A stretch of 63,676 bases of DNA, counting the filler, from Octopus bimaculoides (taxonomy: Eukaryota): NCBI RefSeq assembly GCF_001194135.2. It is 5 parts of 5 records of this genome, joined end to end, with 100 filler letters (N's around TTAATTAATTAA, not from the genome) between each part and the next. Parts side by side here need not be neighbours in the genome. Positions count along the whole stretch, not along the records: positions 1 to 26,815 come from NC_068988.1; 4 more parts are not named here. One strand, 5' to 3'. The notes beneath the pieces were generated by a model. That model was not told the DNA's origin. It worked only from the letters and a program-made list of their open reading frames with translations, and did no database searches. Positions 1 to 12,025 of the stretch are shown here, one piece after another. Each line of letters begins with the position of its first letter. Position 1 is the stretch's first letter. Position numbers and translations under genes: made by a program.

Positions 1-360
1 CTACCAAAACTACCTCCACCACCACCACTACCACCATCATCATTGTCACCGAAACAGCAACTAAGTAAAACCTACTACATCCATTCCCGCAACTACCACC
101 ACCACCGCCAACAACAACAACAACAACACCAACAACACCACTGCCATCAACATCATCAGCACGACCGCCATCCCCACTGCCACCAACAGAGCAACTAGGT
201 AAAACTGCTTCCACCTCCAGCCTCACGACTAACACTACCACCATCACCAGCATCACCACCAACAACAACAACGTCGCCGCCGCCCTCTTCACACCTCATA
301 CAAACCTCTTACCTTGCGCTTCCTCCTCCTCCTCCTCCTACTACTACTACTCCTTTCTCT
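1..360. repeat. Mixed trinucleotide low-complexity tract (CCA/CAA/CAT/CCT/CTA)
   Basis: Runs of ACC, AAC, ATC, CCT and CTA; every + frame hits a stop within about 120 codons; no domain recognised. Confidence 0.85.
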
Positions 361-664
361 CTTACCTGCTAACGACATACTTTAACTAGGCTGAAGGAGG
401 CCTAGATTTGAACGAGAGGTTAGAAGGAGTGGTCCCTACAGAGATGGAAGAAAGGAAGATGAATGAAGCATGGTAGGGGCAAAGGGACAGGGTATCAGAG
501 GGACAGGGAATCGAATGAATTTGATGCCCCTGATTAACCATATTTCCTTGAGTCATCAAATAAGGAACAAAAAAAACCCTTCATTTTATTCATTCAATAC
601 AAAAAAATAAGTAAGTTGGGCCATTGATAGACCAAATTGGATATATTTACTAGTAGGATATGTT

Positions 665-990
665 GTGAAGGCGCATGGCTCGATGGTTAGAACCATGAAT
701 CTTCACAACATATTCGGACCGGGCTGTGTGTTGTGTGCTTGAGCAAGACACTTTATTTCACCTTGCTCCAGTTCACTCAGGACGGAAATGAATTGTGACG
801 TCACGGGCGCCAAGCTATATTGGCCTTTGCTTTTCCATTGGACAAAATCCGTGACGTGGAGAAAGCAGACTGGTACACACGGTTGACTGCTGCTGCTGAT
901 CTTCCATAAGCAATCTTGCCTGGACTTGTGCCTCGGAGGGGGAATTTCTATGTGTAATGCCATGGCCATTCATGACCGAAGAGTGTTGGT
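665..990 (+). mobile_element. tRNA-derived SINE, family C
   Basis: A-box-like head ggcgcatggctcgatggttag, then gtgttgtgtgcttgagcaagacactttatttcaccttgctccagttcactcag, shared with copies at 8280 and 52611. Confidence 0.65.
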
Positions 991-1094
991 ATCCTTCTAA
1001 GTTATTTTGTAATAAATATTAGAGTGCAACATGTATTTAACAGTCGCAATAGGAAAGAGGCAATGCCGATATATAGTGAGAATTTTCAAAAGAA

Positions 1095-1235
1095 AAAAAC
1101 GACAAGAGACGAAGACGGGTGTGTAAACAATAAACAGATGTATTAGTTTAACGCTCGGGAAGTGAGAAAGTCTTTTACGTTTCGAGCCTACTCTCTTCGA
1201 CAGAAAGGAACACAGAAATAAACAGGGAGAGAAAA
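1095..1235 (-). repeat. Penelope-like terminal-repeat fragment carrying a variant hammerhead (copy 1)
   Basis: Its reverse complement aligns over about 140 bp with 21745-21887 (tttatttctgtgttcctttctgtNgaagagNgtaggctcgaaacgtNaaagact...cacttcccRagcgt). Confidence 0.75.
1172..1207 (-). ncRNA. Minimal type-I hammerhead ribozyme motif, variant core
   Basis: Minus strand: cttt-CUGUCGA-a-gaga(gtag)gctc-GAAA-cgu-A-aaag. Stem I cttt/aaag, palindromic ACGU helix III, GUA triplet. A6 is U and stem II has one mismatch. Confidence 0.55.
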
Positions 1236-1349
1236 TGGTTCCATTATAATTCTTAAAGGTGAAGCCCCTGGCATGGTCGCTCTCTAATGAGTGAAACAAG
1301 TAAAAGATAAAATATAAAGCTTACACAGACGCACACTTTTATAGATATT

Positions 1350-1536
1350 AATTATTCTTTTCTACTCAAGGCACAAGGAGTGAAATTTTTGGGGAGGGGG
1401 AGCAGTCGATTAGATCGACCCCAGTAGGCAAGTGGTATTTAATTTATCGACCCTGAAAGGATGAAAGGCAAAGTCGACCTCGGTGGAATTTGAACTCAGA
1501 ACATAAAGACAGATGAAATACCGCTAAGCATTTCGC
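1350..1536 (-). mobile_element. SINE family B
   Basis: Reverse complement of the family-B body (gaaatgcttagcggtatttc...gttctgagttcaaattccaccgaggtcgactttgcctttcatcc...ggggtcgatctaatcgact...ccttgtgcc) with a TAA tail. Confidence 0.85.
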
Positions 1537-2699
1537 TGCCTATTTTCTCGCCGCTATTAATAATGCTTGATTTTCCAAAATTCATCAAGTAACGTCTACT
1601 GAAGCAAGTGTCTTCTATTATAGTGGCTGGCCAACAAAAGCCTTGTNNNNNNNNNNNNNNNNNNNNNNNNNNNNNNNNNNNNNNNNNNNNNNNNNNNNNN
1701 NNNNNNNNNNNNNNNNNNNNNNNNNNNNNNNNNNNNNNNNNNNNNNNNNNNNNNNNNNNNNNNNNNNNNNNNNNNNNNNNNNNNNNNNNNNNNNNNNNNN
1801 NNNNNNNNNNNNNNNNNNNNNNNNNNNNNNNNNNNNNNNNNNNNNNNNNNNNNNNNNNNNNNNNNNNNNNNNNNNNNNNNNNNNNNNNNNNNNNNNNNNN
1901 NNNNNNNNNNNNNNNNNNNNNNNNNNNNNNNNNNNNNNNNNNNNNNNNNNNNNNNNNNNNNNNNNNNNNNNNNNNNNNNNNNNNNNNNNNNNNNNNNNNN
2001 NNNNNNNNNNNNNNNNNNNNNNNNNNNNNNNNNNNNNNNNNNNNNNNNNNNNNNNNNNNNNNNNNNNNNNNNNNNNNNNNNNNNNNNNNNNNNNNNNNNN
2101 NNNNNNNNNNNNNNNNNNNNNNNNNNNNNNNNNNNNNNNNNNNNNNNNNNNNNNNNNNNNNNNNNNNNNNNNNNNNNNNNNNNNNNNNNNNNNNNNNNNN
2201 NNNNNNNNNNNNNNNNNNNNNNNNNNNNNNNNNNNNNNNNNNNNNNNNNNNNNNNNNNNNNNNNNNNNNNNNNNNNNNNNNNNNNNNNNNNNNNNNNNNN
2301 NNNNNNNNNNNNNNNNNNNNNNNNNNNNNNNNNNNNNNNNNNNNNNNNNNNNNNNNNNNNNNNNNNNNNNNNNNNNNNNNNNNNNNNNNNNNNNNNNNNN
2401 NNNNNNNNNNNNNNNNNNNNNNNNNNNNNNNNNNNNNNNNNNNNNNNNNNNNNNNNNNNNNNNNNNNNNNNNNNNNNNNNNNNNNNNNNNNNNNNNNNNN
2501 NNNNNNNNNNNNNNNNNNNNNNNNNNNNNNNNNNNNNNNNNNNNNNNNNNNNNNNNNNNNNNNNNNNNNNNNNNNNNNNNNNNNNNNNNNNNNNNNNTGA
2601 AGGACACGCATGCGTAGACACATACAATAGGAATACAAAATACAAAATGGCTGATAGTTAGCAAGGTGAGACACACATAAGAAAGAAGGAAACAAAGGA

Positions 2700-2739
2700 C
2701 CACTGATGAGGTCACAGAAGTGTGACGAAAGAACTCTGG
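2700..2739 (+). ncRNA. Minimal type-I hammerhead ribozyme, canonical core
   Basis: cca-CUGAUGA-g-gtcaca(gaag)tgtgac-GAAA-g(aa)cU-C|-tgg. Stem I cca/tgg, perfect 6-bp stem II, 2-bp helix III, CUC triplet; predicted cut after 2736. Confidence 0.8.
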
Positions 2740-2847
2740 CCGAAATAAGATTAAGATTAATGTAATATAAAGCTGAAGCAAATTAACACCAAATATACAG
2801 TGCGTGTGTTTTTATTGGCTAAACTGGCAATATGACCATCCCCAAGT

Positions 2848-2884
<37 letters not shown>

Positions 2885-2892
2885 TGTATGTA

Positions 2893-3085
2893 TTTGTGTG
2901 ATTGTGTTTGTTTTTCCCACTGATGTTGGTGTGTCTACGTACCCGCAACTTAGCGGCTCGGCAAAAGAGACCGATAGAATAAAGTACTAGGCTTACAAAG
3001 AATGAGTTCTAGGGGTCGACTTGTTCGACTAAAGGCGGTGCTCCAGCATGGCCGCAGCCAAATGACTGAAACACGTAAAAGATAA
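2893..3085 (+). mobile_element. SINE family A, 3' half
   Basis: aacttagcggctcggcaaaagagaccgatagaata...ggggtcgacttgttcgactaaaggcggtgctccagcatggccgcag...gactgaaaca matches the full copies at 34464 and 53383. Confidence 0.9.
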
Positions 3086-3210
3086 ATTGTCGAATTTAAC
3101 TGCTTAAAGATTTTAAGCTGCATGTATGATGTGTAAGAATATAGGAGAAAGAGACTATAGAAATGGAAGAAAATACTACAGAGGGAAATTGGAAAGGAAG
3201 GTGTATGAAC

Positions 3211-3259
<49 letters not shown>

Positions 3260-3974
3260 GAATTTGTAGGCATTTGTGTGAAATAGTTATGTGTGGGCGT
3301 ACGTATGTGTACGTTTGAGAGAGAATGAAAATGGAAGAAAAGAGAGATCGTATGAAAGAATGCGATAAGAAATAATAAAATTACATAGAAAGGAAACAGA
3401 AAATAATGGTGATGAAACCAGGTCAAAAGGAAACTCGATTTGACGAAAGAGACCGGGGAGAAATTTAGTTAGCCCCGATAGAAAATTAGTGAGGCCTTTG
3501 CTGTAGAGTAGGATTCACCTTGAAACACAAATGATCACCTTGTAAGGTTTTATATTATCTCTGAACGTTTGAGAATTGCCATTAACTCTTTTACAAGCGG
3601 ACTACTAACTCTTCAGGCAAGAACTGGAATTACACGAGAAACGTTTATTTGGCTGCAACATTTAATCTACAGTGTCGGTCATAATCTGTTCGAAGACGAT
3701 ATTGGAAAAGTATCATAGAGTTGACTTTGTAAATAGTAGAGATGGAGTTTATTGAATTCTCATTCAATAAATAAATTTGCTATTGGATTTTTTACGTGTG
3801 ACTAATGTTGAACGCGTTTGAATTCAAACATTTTAAGTATTTTCGAGGGAATTTTAGCACAAGGCCATAAATTTTGCGGGGTGAGAGACAAGGCGATTAC
3901 ATCGACCTCAGTACTTGACTGTTACTTTATTTTATCGATCTCAAACAAGTAATTGTGAAATTTACTCCGGCTCT

Positions 3975-4345
3975 TAACAGTCGGCAAGAGAGTACGATAG
4001 AATAAGTGCTAAGCTTACAAAGAATAAGTCCTGGGGTCGATTTTCTCGACTAAAGGCGGTGCTCCAGTATGGCCGCAGTCAAATGACAGAAACAAACAAA
4101 AGAATAAAAGAATATATATATATATACATGTGTGTGTGTGTGTGTGTTTGTGTATCTTCATGTGCAGACCTGTCTGCTGCCAAACTCGCAAGTATCTTCT
4201 ACTATAACTCCGGGCCAACTCATGCCTTGTGAGTGAATTTAGCAAACGGTAACCATGTGGAAACAAATGGATTTGTTCGACTAAATCATTGATGGTGGTG
4301 TCACAGCATGGCCGCATACCAATACCTGAAACAAGTAAAGGATAA
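3975..4345 (+). mobile_element. Two SINE family A fragments (3975-4105 and 4183-4345)
   Basis: Same tail motif (ggggtcgattt...cgactaaaggcggtgctccag) and body motif (caagtatcttctactata...ccttgtgagtgaattt). Confidence 0.8.
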
Positions 4346-6290
4346 ACGATATAGGCATGTAGGTACGCATACATGCATCTACCAATTTCTTTCATTTTTA
4401 TCAGCTGAATTTTGTTGAAGGAACACACTGCTCGTATTTCTCACATATCTTGTAACCGCATAGAACCTATTTTCATTATTGTATCTGACAGATCTGGACG
4501 TATAATCGTTACTTTAAAATTCTCTGTTAAATTTCCATTTTGTTTTGCTGCTATTTTTTTTTTTCACTGTTTTTTTATTTAGTATACACTTTTATTTTTT
4601 TAATATTTTTATCAAATGAAATCCATTTCCATCTCGCAATTTTTGTTGCTTTTTGCTTTTTTTGTTTTCTGTTTTCTTTTTATGAGTGTGTGTGTGTGTG
4701 TGTGTGTTTTGTTTTCCTATCTCATCAATGGTTGCTGTGACATTTCCGTTCAGTGAAGTATTTATTTATAGACTAGAACAGATCGATGGCCAGATGCTGT
4801 TGGTTTTCATGGACGTTTCAAAACTGCTTAACACTCGTTTACTTATACTCTGGATAAAAGAATATTGATCGTTGCTGCTTCTCATCTACTATAAGATTAA
4901 AAATTTTCTATTCCTGTGTGACAAAGAGTTTATCAGAAAACAAACCATAAAAAGAAGTGGCTTTTTTTTTTTTCAAATTTTGTTATTTTTAATTACAAGA
5001 TATTAGTTTTTTCCGTTTGGTATTGTCTTAATGTTTTTAAAATTGTGTCATGCAAGCAAGAAGGTATTTGTAAACCTCTCCGTATATCAGTTAGTCTATC
5101 CGTGTGTCTCTCGCCCTTCACACACTCATAAATATATGCATATTTATATATAACCCTCAAATATTTGCATGTATGTAGTTCAGTCTTTATATGTGTGTGT
5201 GTGTGTGTGTGTATCTCCGTATAGAGGAAAGAGAGATTGACATACACATTCACACACATGCACATATATATTATAGACAAACACACAATTTATATTTATA
5301 AATGCATATATAAATACACACACATATATATGCATATATATATATATATTTGTTATAACTTACATAGATGCATATATTTACGTATATATATATATATATA
5401 TACTTTGTAACTTATGTGTATAAGTGTGTATATATTGTAAGTATTATATATTTTATATATATATATATATATATANNNNNNNNNNNNNNNNNNNNNNNNN
5501 NNNNNNNNNNNNNNNNNNNNNNNNNNNNNNNNNNNNNNNNNNNNNNNNNNNNNNNNNNNNNNNNNNNNNNNNNNNNNNNNNNNNNNNNNNNNNNNNNNNN
5601 NNNNNNNNNNNNNNNNNNNNNNNNNNNNNNNNNNNNNNNNNNNNNNNNNNNNNNNNNNNNNNNNNNNNNNNNNNTTTCTCTCTCATTTTGTTAATAACAT
5701 GTACATATTGCAAAGCCAAGGATGTTTCTCTTTCCCATTCAATATAATCTTTCAACAGATTTCCATGTTTCTTTCTCTTCTTCTCGCTTCTTTTTTTCTC
5801 CCCTTCTTTTCCATGATATTCAGTATCTACGCCAGCGCGAATTAAATTCTATTGAACACATAATTAGATAACACCGGATATATACGCGGATATATATATG
5901 TGTACGTACGTACGTGTGTGTGTTTGTATATGTGTACGTACGTGTGTATACGTGTGAAAATGTGTGATAGTGCGTTTATTTGTGTGCGTAATATGTTTCC
6001 TCATCTACTGAGATATATCCAAATACAGAGGGTTCGGTTTGTTTGAATGAGATTTCTGCAAGGCGGTGCCCCAACATGGTGCACCGCCTTGAAATTACTG
6101 CTTATTATTGCAAATACTGGAAAATACATTTTACTGAGTGGTTACATATCAAAAGAGAAAACTGGAAAGTTTTGTGTATTCTATATTTAGCATTCCTGTT
6201 TTTTTTATTCGTTTTTAATATTTTTTAATTTACACTGAGACATAGTAAAACTTCATACCGAGAATTAAAATAATAAAGTATTATTCTAAT

Positions 6291-6387
6291 CTCCGTCTGA
6301 AGAATCACTAAATAGAAGATGTCTTACTTGCCTTTTTTACGCGTATAATACGTAATTTCTATTGGTAATGAAACATATGTAATGCAG
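6291..6387 (+). ncRNA. Type-I hammerhead ribozyme motif with long stem II
   Basis: ctccgt-CUGAAGA-atcactaaatagaag...tttctattggtaat-GAAA-catatgU-A|-atgcag. Helix III ACAUAUGU is a perfect palindrome; GUA triplet; stem I 5/6 paired; stem II about 13 bp. Confidence 0.65.
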
Positions 6388-6436
6388 AATAAATTATGCT
6401 AAAATGTTTTTCTAATTCCCTGTTTTCATAATTACA

Positions 6437-6483
<47 letters not shown>

Positions 6484-6687
6484 ACACACACTCGCACACA
6501 CACTCACACATACACACGCACACATATACTGTAGTCAGTCTCTAATGCTTACCATTAACGGAACTTCAACCTCCGAATTTACTATGCTTAAATGATACCA
6601 TAATACATTGCCTTCACATAATATCTAACTACAGGCTTTTCTCTTGCCTCTTCCCACTCTCTTCTCACTTTCTCCACACACACCCTC

Positions 6688-6732
<45 letters not shown>

Positions 6733-6828
6733 CTCTCTTTCTCTCATTCTCCTATTTTCCTACCTTCTAGTGTTTCCCATTCTCTTAAACTCTGTCGCTC
6801 TTTCTTACCTGTTACTCTTTCTTTCTAC

Positions 6829-6878
<50 letters not shown>

Positions 6879-7381
6879 ATATGTATATGTGTGTATGTGC
6901 GTGCGCGTGCGTGTATGTCTGTCTGTGCGCATTTTTGTGTGTGTGTATATAAGTGTGTATATAAATATATATATATAAATATACATGTGCGCGTGCGTGT
7001 GTTTGCGCGCGTACGAGTGTTTGTGTGTGTGTGTGAGTATATATATATATATATCCCTTACAGTATGATTATCATGTCAAATGGAAAGTAGGAAATGCGC
7101 AAAACCTCTCCTCTAGAATCTAATTTCAATAATGCTACCTAATTAGTATGGTTTTCTAATGTGCCATTAAAAGAAAACTAAGATAGAATATTTCAGAGCT
7201 GCATTAAGTGCAGGCTTCATTAAACAACACCACAATCTCCCAAACTAATAAACCAGCAATAATATATTTATGTCAGAGTAGTTATAATGTTAATTGTGGC
7301 TTCGTTTTAACAGCTCCAGGAATGAACAACCGTATGTGAACGTAGCTTTCACTTCCCAGAATGACGATCTAGAAATACTTA

Positions 7382-7560
7382 TAAGGCGGCGAGCTGGCAG
7401 AATTGTTAGCACGCCGGGCGAATGTCTAAGCGGTATTTCGTCTGTGTTTATGTTCTGAGTTCAAATTCGGCCGAGGTACCTGTTGCGTACTGGGGTCGAT
7501 CTAATCGACTAGACCCCCACCTCTCATAAAATTTCTAGCCTTGTGCCAAGAGTGGAAAAT
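7382..7560 (+). mobile_element. SINE family B with internal deletion and imperfect 16-bp TSD
   Basis: Head aaggcggcgagctggcagaattgttagcacg; flanks gatctagaaatactta (7366-7381) and gatatagaaacactta (7561-7576). Confidence 0.9.
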
Positions 7561-7644
7561 GATATAGAAACACTTACGTGTTCAATAGCCAATACAGAAA
7601 CCTCAAAATGACCGCACGATATGCCTAAAACAACAGTCGAATTC

Positions 7645-7990
7645 CACTGTTTCTCAACCGAAGTCTATATATATCCTCTGAGGATTCATGTAAGATTTCT
7701 GGGAGTCCACCCAACAAATAGTAAATTGGGGATCCGCAATAGTATTTTGAGGGTCCCTGAAAAAAATCGTTTTAGATATTTGTATTGGTATATATAACAA
7801 GAAACAGTCAGCGTTCTTTCTCCAAAATTTTACATAGTTCCGCCGTAACAAGTTATGTGAAAAACAAAATAGGAATTTTGAAAGCAGTTTCTATAAAGCT
7901 ACTTTTTAGACATTGAATGGCTACGGGGGTCCACCGGAATGAAATATTAATCAAAGGGGTCCATAGATTAAAAATGGTTGAGAACATCTG
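7645..7990 (+). mobile_element. hAT/Charlie-type MITE, copy 1
   Basis: Termini cactgtttctcaacc...ggttgagaacatctg; internal sequence matches 26916, 29898 and 49764; no clear TSD. Confidence 0.8.
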
Positions 7991-8279
7991 GTGTTATGTA
8001 ACACTACTGAGTCGTGGTAAAGAAAAATAGATAAAGCTACCTATTCACTAGCGAGTGTAGGACACTCAACGTGGTCCCACGACTTACGTAAAATAACAGC
8101 TGAATTCTTTGTAGTCTTACTATAATGTCTAACTCTAGAAGGAAAATTGTTTAAATGTTATATGGAGAATGGATAATGTGGGGTTATGAAGTGGATTATC
8201 TCCAGTCGTAAACGGCAGATGGCGTTTCTGCAATTTCTTGTCGAACAACGTGTAGAGTTGATTTCTTTATAGTAATCAA

Positions 8280-8470
8280 CTGTATTTGCTGTATATTAGC
8301 TCACTTACTCCGTCAGATCAACATTGCCTTTACAGGTACACGGTGGGCGATGCCTGAAATGTCGAAGTGAATTCAGGGTAGCCTCAGCTGAAATGTTTTG
8401 CTTAAGACCACAACGCACGTCCCTGAATCGAAACCACGACCTTATGATCGTGAATGCACTACCATAACCA
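8280..8470 (-). mobile_element. tRNA-derived SINE, family C-like
   Basis: Reverse complement reads tggttatggtagtgcattcacgatcataaggtcgtggtttcgattcaggg...gcgttgtggtcttaagcaaaacattt (A/B boxes plus the family-C body). Confidence 0.6.
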
Positions 8471-9297
8471 GTAGAGTCTACAAGTTATTGTGATGCATTC
8501 GCAATCGTAAGATCGTACGTTGCTATCTTATCCTACATGATCTAGAATCTTACACTATGTAGGATAACAATATACGAAATAGCAGAATGTTCTTTCAGGG
8601 CTGAAGAATGATTTGATCGTAGAGCAACTTGTTACGGGATGATACTTGATTCAACGACAACATTAATATCAAAAGCGACAACAACGGAAACAACAGATAT
8701 TGCACATGCAAGAGATGGTGGGTACGGATATGAGATTACATACATTATAGCGTATTTCGCGATTGCGCTAACCATAGACATTTCAATAACCAATTATTGG
8801 AACTCCTCCGCTATGGACACCTATATGAAACAGCAAGCCGGTACGGAGCGTGATATTGATAAATAAATAGATGAAAATTGTGCATGAGTTACGTAAACTC
8901 CTTCGTTAATTTACAGCTGTTTCTGCAACAAGAAACTATACACTCAGTTTTGAGCACCATTATGAGATCCACTAGCTGTTTCAGATCCATTTTCATGCAA
9001 TTAATATTCCAGATGAATGTGACAACGAAGAAATAGTATCTCAGTATCTCAATATTTCTTACAATAGTATTGAATTCACAAAATGCTGCTCTTATATAGC
9101 GTTAGTGATTAACATTTAATTGCCTATTTGCTTCTGTAAATCAATAGATGTATTTCTCGCGAATAAATAAAACGAATTTAATTTGATGTTAAGTAATATA
9201 GTATGCAAATATATATTCCAATGTAATTTATATAAACGTCGGTCGAATACAGCAAATTTACATGTAAATACGACATATCCATAAGTATGATTGTGTG

Positions 9298-9334
<37 letters not shown>

Positions 9335-9429
9335 GTGTGTGTGTGTGTGTGTGTGTGTATGTACATGTTTATGTATGTATATAAGTATACATTTATGTGT
9401 GTGTGTGTAATTTCAGCGTTAGTACTAAT

Positions 9430-9442
9430 CTAGATAGATAGT

Positions 9443-9517
<75 letters not shown>
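9430..9517. repeat. (GATA)n microsatellite
   Basis: About 20 near-perfect GATA units. Confidence 0.95.
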
Positions 9518-10199
9518 GTATTCAAAGAGACAGTCAGGTTTGGGCTGAAAATATTGAGAGCTGCATCTGCAGTGTTATGTTTCCGAGCCTTAGGCATCTT
9601 TTCAAGAACGTGAAACATCAAAGAGTGATTCGCAACAATTGAACTGCGAGGGAAAATATTTTCCTCTCCATTGTAAATTATTGCCTATCTTTTCTTACAA
9701 TTGCATTCAATATTGTATTACAATTTACATTCATAAGCACATACACACGCAGATAAACACATATATATGTACATGTATGTGTGCGTATATATATANNNNN
9801 NNNNNNNNNNNNNNNNNNNNNNNNNNNNNNNNNNNNNNNNNNNNNNNNNNNNNNNNNNNNNNNNNNNNNNNNNNNNNNNNNNNNNNNNNNNNNNNNNNNN
9901 NNNNNNNNNNNNNNNNNNNNNNNNNNNNNNNNNNNNNNNNNNNNNNNNNNNNNNNNNNNNNNNNNNNNNNNNNNNNNNNNNNNNATATATATACATGTAT
10001 GAATGTATATAATATATTTATATATGTGTATATATGTATATTTAAAATGTATATATATATATATATATATATGTATACATAAATATAGCATATATATATA
10101 TATATACGTATACATATATAGTATATATATATACATACATATACTTATACATATGTATATGGATAATTATATAGTATATATATGTATACATACATATAT

Positions 10200-10270
<71 letters not shown>

Positions 10271-11468
10271 CTTGTGTGTATATATATATTTGTGTGTGGA
10301 TAACAGTATTACATTTACACACATCGACTCATACACACCCGCATAATCACATAGCTATATGTGTGTATGTGCGTGCGCCTGTGTATAATTGTGTGTGCAT
10401 GTATATATGTGTGTGTGAATTATATTATCATATGTATATCCACCTATATGCAGGCGTGTACACATATATGCATAGAAATATATGTACTTTTGAGTGTCTG
10501 TCTGTGGGTGTCTGTGTGTGTATGTATGTGTATGTGCGTGCGCTGGGTATAATGAATATATATGTAAGTGTGTGTATGTATGTCTATGTGCATATGTGTA
10601 TTTGTCATTTTCTGTGTATGAATATTTTTGTGAGTGCGTGTTTTGGTGCGTGCGTATTTTTGACATTCTATGAATAATATTCTTGTTATAGATGATAAAA
10701 TAATCGTAACTGTTCATGACAGAGACCAGATACCATTATATATTTCGCTGCTGTGCAGCTGGAAGATTTCTGCGTTTTTCTAAAACCGAAATCCAAAATG
10801 GTTAGAGGCTATACAACTTTATGCTTCTCACCTTACATTCTACAAATCTGCAATAATGGTATTTGTCGCTACATCTATTCGAAGAGATCCAGTAAATTTA
10901 ATCTAGGTTATAACTGCTGTACAAGTAATAAAAACGTTGGATGTGATAGGAATTTTAAAATATATTTCTTTTGATACTGAGAATGCATATATTGAATGTT
11001 TTTATAGTGTGGTATAAGGGAAATGAAAGTGAGTCATAGAGATAAAAAAAATCATGTTAAAATATAACTCGCAATATATACATATACCTATATGTGTGTG
11101 TGTCTTTATATATATATATACATATATATATATACATGTTTATATATATGTATGTACTTCTTAAATCTATGAATATGAGTATATGTTTGTTAATGTGTGT
11201 GAGTATGTGTATGTAATATATAGAAAATACGGAAGTACATACGTGTTTTTCTACGAGTAGAATTTATCTTTCAAGAAGTAAATTAGCATTTTATGGTCAT
11301 GCGTATGTTCTCATACCTTTTTGAGATGAGGGCGGGACTATCTCGAAATTTCTCGAAGGACATACATAAAGCTATTAATAATGACAAGAAAATATTGAGT
11401 TGGTAAAGCCTTTTAGATAGAAAAGGTTAAAAGCTACTAATGTTAAAAATATACATATACACACATGT

Positions 11469-11760
11469 TGAGGCACACAGCCTAGCGGTTAGAGCAGCGG
11501 GTTCGAATCTCAGACCGGGTGATGAGTGTGTGTTTATGAGCGAAACAGCTTAAGTTCCACGCGGCTCCGTCAGAAGAAAATGGCGAACTTTTGCTAATTC
11601 TTTCGCCACAATTTTCTCTCACTCTTTCCTCCTGCATCTAGCAGCTCCCCATGCGACGGATCAGCGTCCTGTCCAGCTGGGGAACCTATACGCCAATGAA
11701 ACAGGGTAACCGGCCCTTATGAGACAAGCATGGCTCGAGAAGGAACACAAAACAGCAACA
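11469..11760 (+). mobile_element. tRNA-derived SINE with CAA-type tail
   Basis: A box cctagcggttagagcagc, B box gggttcgaatctc, 3' end ggctcgagaaggaacacaaaacagcaacaac. Confidence 0.65.
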
Positions 11761-11987
11761 ACATACACAAAAATACTTACGCGCACAGACACACACACAC
11801 ACACACACACATACAGCCTTGAAGGGCTTTGCCGAAGGATAATGGACCCTAATGCTTATTTCTCTAGTTTGCTGCTTAATCTAGTAATCTCTTTTCTTTT
11901 GCCGAATCTCTAGGGCCGTAAACAAACTAACAGCAGTTGTCAAATGTTGTACGGAAAATGCACAAATACATACATATATACATACAT

Positions 11988-12025
<38 letters not shown>

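Noticed and set aside
1-380. Pro/Gln/His/Thr-rich reading frames
   Set aside because: Produced by trinucleotide repeats; short frames with no domain or clear splice context.
4770-4868. RLEQIDGQMLL resembling a SAM-domain IDG motif after a possible acceptor
   Set aside because: Only about 6 residues match, no further SAM residues, early stop.
7310-7620. Possible terminal exon SRNEQPYVNVAF...ETSK* rebuilt by removing the SINE
   Set aside because: Short frame with a YxN-like motif but no partner exons; expected by chance.
8601-8640. CTGAAGA followed by a hairpin
   Set aside because: GAAA is replaced by AGAG and there is no stem I.
8612-8866. ORF with a Thr-rich stretch and a hydrophobic segment
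   Set aside because: No recognisable family, no signal peptide, no linked exons.
8910-8990. Two gaaacagct copies on the minus strand resembling tandem hammerhead helix III
   Set aside because: The CUGANGA core is missing in both; at best fully decayed.
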